Positions 35,194 to 43,036 of a DNA stretch of 64,000 bases are shown here, piece after piece. Position 1 is the first letter of the stretch; each line of letters starts with the position of its first letter. Position numbers and translations under genes: made by a program. The DNA lies in assembly GCA_001798595.1 (NCBI GenBank), contig MGSS01000014.1, positions 20,910 to 84,909 of the forward strand, written 5' to 3'. This DNA comes from Deltaproteobacteria bacterium RIFCSPLOWO2_12_FULL_60_19. GTDB lineage: Bacteria > Desulfobacterota > Binatia > UBA9968. The notes under the pieces are model-generated. The model saw only the letters and a list, made by a program, of their open reading frames with translations. It was not told the DNA's origin and searched no databases.

Positions 35194-36672
35194 ATGGCCT
35201 TTCAAGATTTGCGCGCTTGGATCTCTCTCCTCGACGGGGAAGGAGAGATCCAACGAATCAAAGCCAAAGTCGATTGGAATTTGGAGCTGGGCGCCGTCTT
35301 CCGCAAGGTCCTTAACGCGCACGGTCCCGCGCTTCTGTTTGAAAACATCAAGGACCATGAGACCACATGGTGCCGAAAATTCTTTTGCAACGGGCTGGGC
35401 TCGCGCAAGAGGGTAAACCTCGCCTTGGGACTTGCTCCCGACACCGGCTACCGCGAGATCGTCCAATACATCAAAAGATGCCTTGCCAAGCCGATCCCGT
35501 CGGCAATCATCCCGACGGGGCCGGTGAAAGAAAATATCGTCCGCGGCAAGGAGGTGGACCTCTTCCAGTTTCCCGTCCCCAAGTGGCACCACCTCGACGG
35601 CGGCCGCTATATCAACACCGCCGCCAGCATCGTCACGCGCGATCCCGAGACGGCCCAGCTCAACGCTGGAACCTACCGTGGGATGATCGGCAAGAAAGAT
35701 ACTATCCCTTCCCTTATCGTCCCCGGCCAGCACGGCGGCATCCACCTGAGCAAGTACAAGGCTCGGGGAGAGCCTGCGCCGGTGGCCGTGGTGTATGGCT
35801 GGGACCCGGCGCTTTTCATGGTCGCCTCCACGCCGGTCAGACACAAGGGCTGCTCGGAGTATGAGATCGCCGGCAGCCTGCGCGGCAAGCCCGTGGAGCT
35901 GGTCAAGTGCGAAACTTCCGATCTTCTCGTCCCGGCGACGGCGGAAATCGTCGTCGAGGGAAAAATTTCTCCGAACCCGGAAGAGTACGAGATGGAGGGG
36001 CCCTTCGGCGAATACACGGGATACTACGGCGGCATGAAATCGCCCAAGCCGACCATCAAAGTCGAGTGCATCACCTTCAGAAACGACCCGATCTTTCGCG
36101 GCACGCTGGAGGGAACGAGTCCAGGGCGGTGGGCGGAAGATGTTTACTTTGTCTGCGCCTCTTTTTCGGCGGTCTGCTGGCAGTTGCTTGACGATATCGG
36201 CGTCCCCAATGTGACGGGGGTTTGGATCCCGCCGGTCACCAACTCCACGAACATGCGCGTGCAGATCAAGAAGATTTACCGCGGCCATGCCAAGCAGGTG
36301 GCCAACGCGCTGTGGGGAACGAACTTCTACTTTGCCAAGAACGTCATTGTCGTGGACGAAGACATCGACATCTACGACGACGAGGCCGTCGAGTGGGCGC
36401 TCGCCTATCGGACCAACGCGGCGATGGGCGACTTCGCGTTTTTCCCCGGCACCATCGGCGCCAATCTCGATCCTTCGCTCCCGCTTGCGGACCGGGACGT
36501 TTACAAGTACGGCGCGGCCAAGTGGACGCGCGTCCTGATGGACGCCACGATCAATTGGGAGTTGGAGCCCGAGCCGCAGTTCGGCGGCAAGCGCTACCCG
36601 CCGCTCTCCACTGATGTGGACCCCGAAGTCGCCGGTCTCGTTGAGAAGAGGTGGAAGGAATATGGCTTTTAG
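35194..36672 (+). CDS. UbiD-family decarboxylase/carboxylase, paralog U4 (subfamily B)
   Basis: 492 aa with NAGTYR, QHGG, MEGPFGEYTGY and KIYRGHAKQVANALWG. It is colinear with U3. Confidence 0.9.
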   Translation: MAFQDLRAWISLLDGEGEIQRIKAKVDWNLELGAVFRKVLNAHGPALLFENIKDHETTWCRKFFCNGLGSRKRVNLALGLAPDTGYREIVQYIKRCLAKPIPSAIIPTGPVKENIVRGKEVDLFQFPVPKWHHLDGGRYINTAASIVTRDPETAQLNAGTYRGMIGKKDTIPSLIVPGQHGGIHLSKYKARGEPAPVAVVYGWDPALFMVASTPVRHKGCSEYEIAGSLRGKPVELVKCETSDLLVPATAEIVVEGKISPNPEEYEMEGPFGEYTGYYGGMKSPKPTIKVECITFRNDPIFRGTLEGTSPGRWAEDVYFVCASFSAVCWQLLDDIGVPNVTGVWIPPVTNSTNMRVQIKKIYRGHAKQVANALWGTNFYFAKNVIVVDEDIDIYDDEAVEWALAYRTNAAMGDFAFFPGTIGANLDPSLPLADRDVYKYGAAKWTRVLMDATINWELEPEPQFGGKRYPPLSTDVDPEVAGLVEKRWKEYGF

Positions 36673-36694
36673 AGAAGAGGTCAGTAGAATTCAG

Positions 36695-37669
36695 ATGAAG
36701 ACGGGCATACCTTTTATCCTACTTTCCCTCCTCATCCTTTTTCAGCAGGCTCAGGCTGAGTCTCTCCGCGTGGCTTACGTTTCCATCGGCGGAGCTCATA
36801 CGCCCCTTTGGGTGGCGCGCGAGGCGGGCATTTTCGATAAGCACGGGCTTGACGTGAATCCTGTGCTCATCGGGAGCGACTCCGGGGCCACCCCGGCCTT
36901 GATCGCTGGAGACATCGACGTCCTCCTGGCCGGCGCCGCCGCCCCCTTAAGGGCGGTTGTTTCTGGAGCGGATATCGTCTTTATCGGCGGCCAGCTTCCT
37001 TATCTCGTCTTTAAACTGATGGTCGATAGCTCTATCCAGAAACCGGGCGACCTCAAAGGTAAGCAGCTCGGCATCCAGCGATTTGGCGACACGGCCCATT
37101 ATGGGTTGTTGCGGGCTTTGGAGAGACTGGGTCTGGATCCTGCCAGGGACGTGAAAATCGTTATGAGCGGCAACCAGACCGGTCGCTTGGCCGCCATGAA
37201 GCAGGGCATTATCCACGGCACCATGGTCAACCCTCCTACCAAGTTGGTCTACGAAAAAGAGGGATTCAAAGAGCTTCTGGACCTTGCCCAACTCAAGATC
37301 CCTTTTGCCGGAAATGTCTACTCCGTGCGTCGCCCTTTGATCGAGCGGAGCCGTGAGGTCCTCGAAAGGTTCATGACGGCCATCGTTGAAGGCATTCACC
37401 GGTACAAAACCGACAAAGAGTTTGCCCTTAAGGTAATCCGGAAATACATTCGCACTCAGGATCCTGCGGTCCTGGAGGTAGCCTATAGCGGCTATGTGCA
37501 GGTTATGCCTGCTTTGCCTTATCCTTCGGAGGAGAGTTTCAAGGCGGCCCTGGAAGTCTTCGCACAGGAGGTTCCCAAGGCAAAAGAGCTCGATCTGAAG
37601 CGCGTGCTGGATCGGTCCTTTGTGCAAAAGATCGAGACCGGCGGGTTGATGCAGAGACTTTATCGATAG
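36695..37669 (+). CDS. Exported NMT1/THI5-like (nitrate/sulfonate/bicarbonate-type) solute-binding protein (N1)
   Basis: The signal peptide is MKTGIPFILLSLLILFQQAQA. LRVAYVSIGGAHTPLWVAREAGIFDKHGLD is the start typical of SsuA/NMT1-like SBPs. Confidence 0.8.
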   Translation: MKTGIPFILLSLLILFQQAQAESLRVAYVSIGGAHTPLWVAREAGIFDKHGLDVNPVLIGSDSGATPALIAGDIDVLLAGAAAPLRAVVSGADIVFIGGQLPYLVFKLMVDSSIQKPGDLKGKQLGIQRFGDTAHYGLLRALERLGLDPARDVKIVMSGNQTGRLAAMKQGIIHGTMVNPPTKLVYEKEGFKELLDLAQLKIPFAGNVYSVRRPLIERSREVLERFMTAIVEGIHRYKTDKEFALKVIRKYIRTQDPAVLEVAYSGYVQVMPALPYPSEESFKAALEVFAQEVPKAKELDLKRVLDRSFVQKIETGGLMQRLYR

Positions 37670-37678
37670 ACGACGAAG

Positions 37679-39271
37679 ATGGCCTATTACCGCGATCTAA
37701 GAGAGTTCATCTCGGCGCTGGAGCAGGCCGGAAAGCTCGTGCGAATCCCCCGGCCGGTGGTCAAAGAGAGCGAGCTGTTCCCGCTGTTTCGACTTCAGTT
37801 CCGCGGTCTCTCCGAGGAGGAGCGCAAGGTTTTTCTCTTCGAGCGCGTCGTCGATGTCAAAGGGAAAACTTACAGCGGCAGCGTGGCTGCCGGGATTTAC
37901 GGCGCGTCCCGTGAAGTCTGCGCTCTCGGCGTGATGTGCCGGGAGGGAGAGATACTGGAACGGTGGCATGAGGCTTTGGCCTGCCCGCTCGCTCCCGAAA
38001 CGGTCTCCTCGGGGGTCGTTCAGGAAGAGATCCACGAGGGAGAGGAGCTTTCCGTCCTCGGGCTGGACGAGTTTCCCGCGCCCGTGGAAGAGCCGGGCTA
38101 CAGCGGCTCGCTTCGCGCCACCACTCAGTTCGTTACGCGGGACCCGGAAACCGGAGTCCGCAACGTGGGGCTGTACTCCGGCCATTTTCGCTCGTCCCAT
38201 CGCCTCCTCTTGGGCATCGCCCCAACGCATCACGCCTACCTTCACTGGCTCAAATACGAGAAAAGGAAAGAGCCGATGCCCGCCGCCATCGTCATCGGCG
38301 CCACGCCCAACATCGTCCAGGTCTCGGCCGCCAACATCCCTTACGGCGTCGATGAGTTTTCGGTCGCCGGGGGACTTGCGCGCGAGCCCGTAAGGCTCGT
38401 CAAGTGCAGAACCGTGGACCTCGAGGTTCCCGCCGATGCGGAGATTTGCATCGAAGGCCTGATCTCCACCGATCGTTTTGAGCCGCACAGCTCCTTCGGC
38501 GAATATCCCGGCTACATGTATCAGGGAAGCGGCGACGTGCGGCCGGTGATGGAGGTTACCTGCATCACCCATCGGCGGAGTCCCATCTTCACTCCGTTCC
38601 TCGTCGGCCTCCCGCCAAGCGACACCCACAAGCTCATGCAGATCGCCGCCGAGGCGCTCTATTACAGCTTTCTCAAGTACGGCTCGAATAATCCGTATAT
38701 CGTTGACGTCGCCTTTCCCGAGGCGGGCGGGAGCTGGAACTATTGCGTGGTGTCGATCCGCAAGAGCCATCCCACGCAGCCCTGGCAGGTTTTGAATGCG
38801 ATTGCGGGTTTCGACCCGGTCATAGGGAAGATCGCTATCGTGGTGGACGAGGACGTGAACCCGCATGACGCGGATGCCGTCAACTGGGCGCTGAGCTTTT
38901 CGATGCAGCCGCACTCGGACGCGCGCATTATCACCGACCGCGCGCCGGCCCTCGATCCTTCGGCTTATGCTCCGGGATCCCCCCACGAAGAGCGGAGCTT
39001 TCCTTCTCCGCACGGCTCGTCGGCGATTTTGATCGATGCAACCCGCAAATGGCCCTATCCTCCGGTGGGGTTGCCGCAGAAGGAATACATGGAAAACGCG
39101 CTCCGCTTGTGGAAAGAGCTTGGATTCCCGCCGCTCAAACTGAAGGAGCCGTGGCACGGCTATTCCTTGGGCAATTGGACGAAGGAAGACGAAGAGAATG
39201 CGGCGCTGATTCTCAGGGGCGATTATCACAAGATCGGCGAGAAGATGCGACGGAGACAGACAAAGGGCTGA
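37679..39271 (+). CDS. UbiD-family protein, paralog U5 (divergent subfamily C)
   Basis: 530 aa. It has the UbiD N-terminus MAYYRDLREFISALEQAGKLVRI, but the catalytic-motif positions differ: NVGLYS instead of N.G.YR, and HSSFGEYPGY. Confidence 0.85.
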   Translation: MAYYRDLREFISALEQAGKLVRIPRPVVKESELFPLFRLQFRGLSEEERKVFLFERVVDVKGKTYSGSVAAGIYGASREVCALGVMCREGEILERWHEALACPLAPETVSSGVVQEEIHEGEELSVLGLDEFPAPVEEPGYSGSLRATTQFVTRDPETGVRNVGLYSGHFRSSHRLLLGIAPTHHAYLHWLKYEKRKEPMPAAIVIGATPNIVQVSAANIPYGVDEFSVAGGLAREPVRLVKCRTVDLEVPADAEICIEGLISTDRFEPHSSFGEYPGYMYQGSGDVRPVMEVTCITHRRSPIFTPFLVGLPPSDTHKLMQIAAEALYYSFLKYGSNNPYIVDVAFPEAGGSWNYCVVSIRKSHPTQPWQVLNAIAGFDPVIGKIAIVVDEDVNPHDADAVNWALSFSMQPHSDARIITDRAPALDPSAYAPGSPHEERSFPSPHGSSAILIDATRKWPYPPVGLPQKEYMENALRLWKELGFPPLKLKEPWHGYSLGNWTKEDEENAALILRGDYHKIGEKMRRRQTKG

Positions 39272-39305
39272 GCGCCGCACTAGGATTGCGCCCTCAGGAG
39301 AAAAA

Positions 39306-40760
39306 ATGGCCTATCCAGATTTGCGCGCTTGGATAGCAGAGCTTGAGAGGCACGGCGAGCTGGCGCGCGTGCGCCGCGAGGTGGATTGGAATCTCGAGAT
39401 TGGGGCGATCACGCGCAGGATCTGTGAGACCCAGGGGCCGGCGCCGCTGTTTGAGACGGTCAAAGGTTATCCAGGCTGCCGTATCCTCGGCGCTCCTGTT
39501 GCCATGAGTAAAAAACACCGCTATGGCCGCTTGGCGTTGAGCCTGGGGCTTCCCGTGGATTCCTCCTTCAGGGAGATTTTTGAATTTTACCTCGCAAGAA
39601 GGAAAAACCGCATTGCTCCGATAGAGGTCTCCGCGGGTAGCTGCCAGGAAAACGTTATCCTGGGCGCCGACGACGTCGACCTTTTCAAACTCCCCGCTCC
39701 TTATATTCATGACGGGGATGGTGGGCGCTATCTGGGGACGTGGCATGTGGTCATCTCTCGAAACCTGCGGGGCGACTGGACCAACTACGGCATGTATCGG
39801 CTCATGATCCATGATCGTCGCCATCTGGGAATCAATCTGGGCCTCCTTCAGCACCTCTACTTGCAATACCAAGAATACGCGGAGCAGAACCGCCCCATGG
39901 AGTTCGCCGCGGCCATCGGCGTCGAGCCTGTAACGGCATTGATCGGGGCGACTTCCGTCGGAGAAGGGGTGAACGAAGCAGAAGTTATCGGCGGCGTGCG
40001 GGGCGAGCCTTTGGAAGTGGTGCGCTGTAAGACCGTTGACCTGTGCGTGCCGGCGACGGCGGAAATCGTGATCGAGGGAACTATCGATCCCAGAGAGCGT
40101 AAGGACGAGGGGCCTTTCGGCGAGTACGTGGGCTATCGCGCCGGCGGCAAGAATCCCCGGCCCGTCCTGAAGGTCCAGGCTATTACCCATCGGAACAACC
40201 CCATCCTTCCGATGTGCGCGCTCGGCACGCCGATCGACGACGTTCACACTCTTCACTCTGTCCTTGAAGCGGCAGAGGTTTTTGAGGAGCTTCGTGACTC
40301 CAAAGGTTTCCCGGTCGAGTGCGTCTATCCCGTGCCGGAGGCCGCCGGCCACCTTTGGGCGGTCTCTACCGATGTCCCCGACAAGACTTATCCCCGCCGT
40401 CTGGCGATGGCGCTCTGGGCGATGAAGGGAGGGCGCTACGCGGATTATCTTGTGCTGGTCAATAAAGACGTGGATGTGACCGATCTAAGAGAGCTTCTAT
40501 GGGCGATGGCCACGCGGGCCCACCCGGTGCGCGATCTCTGGCCGGTGGAGCATCTCTACAGCACGCTGCTTGTCCCTTGGCTCACGCCCGAGGAGCGAAA
40601 GACGGGAGACGGGGCCCACGTTCTCATCGATGCCACCTGGCCGGCGGACTGGCCGAAAGATTGGATCCCGGAGGTTTCCTCTTTCAAGACGATGTGGCCC
40701 GAAGAAGTTCAGCGGAAGGTGCTTCAAAACTGGCGGGAAGATGGCCTTGGAAACCCTTGA
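39306..40760 (+). CDS. UbiD-family decarboxylase/carboxylase, paralog U6 (subfamily A)
   Basis: 484 aa with GGRYLGTWH, NYGMYR, QHLY and DEGPFGEYVGY. Confidence 0.9.
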   Translation: MAYPDLRAWIAELERHGELARVRREVDWNLEIGAITRRICETQGPAPLFETVKGYPGCRILGAPVAMSKKHRYGRLALSLGLPVDSSFREIFEFYLARRKNRIAPIEVSAGSCQENVILGADDVDLFKLPAPYIHDGDGGRYLGTWHVVISRNLRGDWTNYGMYRLMIHDRRHLGINLGLLQHLYLQYQEYAEQNRPMEFAAAIGVEPVTALIGATSVGEGVNEAEVIGGVRGEPLEVVRCKTVDLCVPATAEIVIEGTIDPRERKDEGPFGEYVGYRAGGKNPRPVLKVQAITHRNNPILPMCALGTPIDDVHTLHSVLEAAEVFEELRDSKGFPVECVYPVPEAAGHLWAVSTDVPDKTYPRRLAMALWAMKGGRYADYLVLVNKDVDVTDLRELLWAMATRAHPVRDLWPVEHLYSTLLVPWLTPEERKTGDGAHVLIDATWPADWPKDWIPEVSSFKTMWPEEVQRKVLQNWREDGLGNP

Positions 40761-40762
40761 GA

Positions 40763-40894
40763 CAATGCAAAATGAAAATTGCAAAATGCAAAAGTCGAAA
40801 TAACAGACAGAGATCGGAGACAACCCCCGGGCGGCTGTTTTTATCGCGGTCTTCCTCGATTTTTCATTTTTCAATTTGCATTTTGCATTTTGCA
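40763..40894. repeat. AT-rich word-repeat palindrome, family 1, copy e (large GC-rich loop)
   Basis: caatgcaaaatgaaaattgcaaaatgcaaaagtcgaaa ... ttttcatttttcaatttgcattttgcattttgca. It starts 2 nt after the U6 stop and ends at the GTG start of the next gene. Confidence 0.85.
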
Positions 40895-41869
40895 GTGAGA
40901 GCTGTTTTGCCGCTTTTGTTGATCTTGCTCTGTTTTTCCTCTGCTCTCGCTCAGGAGAAGAAGCTCAGAAAGATGACGGTGGGTTATGTCCTCGCATCCT
41001 CCGCCTATGCGTCGCTCTTCGTCGCCAAGGAGGCGCGGATTCTTGAGAAGCATGGGCTCGATGCGAGCCTCATCTTCCTCGGCACGGGTTCGCTCGCCGT
41101 GTCCGCGCTGCTCGCCGGAGATGTGAATGTGCTGCGCGGCACTCCCGCTGCCGTGGTGCAGGCCCAAGCCCAAGGCGCCCCTCTCGTCATCCTGGGCTCG
41201 GAGTATGATGTCCTGACTTTCAAGCTCATCGTTCGGCCTGAGATTCGTGAAGCGAAGGATCTCAAGGGGAGGAAACTGGGCATCGCCCGTTTCGGCGACA
41301 CCGGGGACTACGCGACGAGGCGCGCGCTTCAATATCTGGGACTTGATCCTCAGCGGGATGTGACGATTCTTCAGGCGGGCGGGCAGACCGCTCGCCTTGC
41401 CGCGCTTCAGGCCAAAGCGCTTGACGGCACGGTGGTCAATCCTCCCAACGATCTGATTATGAAAGAGGTTGGTTTTCACGAGTTGGTGGACATCAGCAGG
41501 CTGGCGCTGCCCTATCTGGGCAACACCTACGCGGTCACGCAGGCCACGCTTAAGTCCCAACCTGATGCGGTGGAGGGTTTTGCCCGTGCGATGGTGGAGG
41601 GGATTGCTCATTTCAAGACTCATAAGGAAGAGACGCTTAAGGTTTTGCGGAAGTATCTGCGGGTTACCGACCAGAAAATGCTCGAAGCGACGTACGAATT
41701 TATTAAACAGTTTACGGTGGACGTTCCGATCCCTAGAGCCGACGGACTCGCTGTGATGCTGGATATCATGGCGCGGGAGACGGGAACAAAGCCAAAAGTA
41801 GACCCTGCCTCGTTTATCGACGCCACGTTGGTAAAAAAAATCATCAGCAAGAGGGAAATCGCGCCATGA
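40895..41869 (+). CDS. Exported NMT1/THI5-like solute-binding protein (N2)
   Basis: The GTG start gives VRAVLPLLLILLCFSSALA as the signal peptide. The protein is colinear with N1 (GRKLGIARFGDTGDYATRRALQYLGLDPQRDV). Confidence 0.8.
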   Translation: MRAVLPLLLILLCFSSALAQEKKLRKMTVGYVLASSAYASLFVAKEARILEKHGLDASLIFLGTGSLAVSALLAGDVNVLRGTPAAVVQAQAQGAPLVILGSEYDVLTFKLIVRPEIREAKDLKGRKLGIARFGDTGDYATRRALQYLGLDPQRDVTILQAGGQTARLAALQAKALDGTVVNPPNDLIMKEVGFHELVDISRLALPYLGNTYAVTQATLKSQPDAVEGFARAMVEGIAHFKTHKEETLKVLRKYLRVTDQKMLEATYEFIKQFTVDVPIPRADGLAVMLDIMARETGTKPKVDPASFIDATLVKKIISKREIAP

Positions 41870-42846
41870 TAATCGATGTTTTCTGTCACATCTATCCGAA
41901 GAATTTTCTGGCGGCGTTGGCGCAAATGAAAAGCTCCCTGCCTCACGTCCGCTTCTCCGCCGAGATCAAGGAAGGCTGGGAAGATTTTGTCGACCTGGAC
42001 CTCCGGCTCCGTCACATGGATCAGTACGGCGTGGATGTTCAGGTGTTGAGCCTGGCGACGCCGGCGTTCGAAGCGGAAAACCCGCAGGAGCAGATCCAGC
42101 TCGCCAAAATCGCCAATGACGGCATCGCCGAAATCGTCGCCAAAAACCCCAAACGCTTCATCGGCGCCGCCACGCTGCCGATGCTCACGATCGATACGGC
42201 GCTGGCGGAGCTGGATCGATCGGTCCGAGACTTGGGATTGAGAGGCGTCCAGCTGTTTTCCAACATCGGCGGAAAGCCGCTGGACACGCCGGAGCTGGTT
42301 CCGTTCTATGAGAAAGTCGCGCGCTACGATGTGCCGATCATCCTCCATCCGACTTCCTGGAACTATTACGAATGGAGCAGGGAGTACGGGATGTGGAACA
42401 TTTTCGGCTGGCCGTTCGACACGAGCCTGGCGATGGGAAGGATCGTGTTCGGCGGTATTTTAGAAAAATTTCCGACTCTCAAGATCGTCACCCACCACCT
42501 CGGCGCGATGGCGCCGTACTTCGTCGAGAGGATTCGCGGCTTCTACGACCAGGGCGAGCAGTATCCCAACTTATCGACCCGCGCGAAATTCACCAGGGCG
42601 CCGCTCGATTATTTCAGACTCTTCTACGCCGACACGGCGGTCTACGGCTGGAAGCCGGCTTTGGATTGCGGCCTGGCTTTTTTCGGCGCGGATCACGTTC
42701 TCTTTGCCACGGATTATCCGTTCGGGCCTGACGCGGGAGAGAGGTACGTGCGCAACACGATTCAGTCGATCAACGAGCTGGAGCTTTCCCGGGAGGACAA
42801 AGAGAAGATCTTCTCCGGCAACGCCAGGCGTCTGTTCCGGATTTAA
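41866..42846 (+). CDS. Amidohydrolase-2 family protein (ACMSD / LigW / gamma-resorcylate decarboxylase-type non-oxidative decarboxylase fold)
   Basis: 326 aa with MIIDVFCHIYP at the start, VQLFSNIGG, ILHPTS and FATDYPFG at the end. The start overlaps the N2 stop (ATGA). Confidence 0.75.
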   Translation: MIIDVFCHIYPKNFLAALAQMKSSLPHVRFSAEIKEGWEDFVDLDLRLRHMDQYGVDVQVLSLATPAFEAENPQEQIQLAKIANDGIAEIVAKNPKRFIGAATLPMLTIDTALAELDRSVRDLGLRGVQLFSNIGGKPLDTPELVPFYEKVARYDVPIILHPTSWNYYEWSREYGMWNIFGWPFDTSLAMGRIVFGGILEKFPTLKIVTHHLGAMAPYFVERIRGFYDQGEQYPNLSTRAKFTRAPLDYFRLFYADTAVYGWKPALDCGLAFFGADHVLFATDYPFGPDAGERYVRNTIQSINELELSREDKEKIFSGNARRLFRI

Positions 42847-42870
42847 TATTGGAGTTTACCCTTTGACGAT

Positions 42871-42969
42871 GAAAGCCGCCACCCGCTCTCCGAGCCCGCG
42901 CAATGGGTAGCTGCTTAATCCCACCGGGGGTATCGGATGCGCGGGCTCTCCGACCGGGCGGCGGCTTTC
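42871..42969. repeat. 99-nt structured palindromic element, family 3, copy b
   Basis: gaaagccgccacccgctctccgagcccgcgcaatgggtagctgcttaatcccaccgggggtatcggatgcgcgggctctccgaccgggcggcggctttc. Confidence 0.8.
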
Positions 42970-43036
42970 ACTTCGAAGACTCACGCCCCGAGGAATCGCT
43001 TGCGGGAAAGATCGCTGAAGAAAGAAAGGAAAAGCT

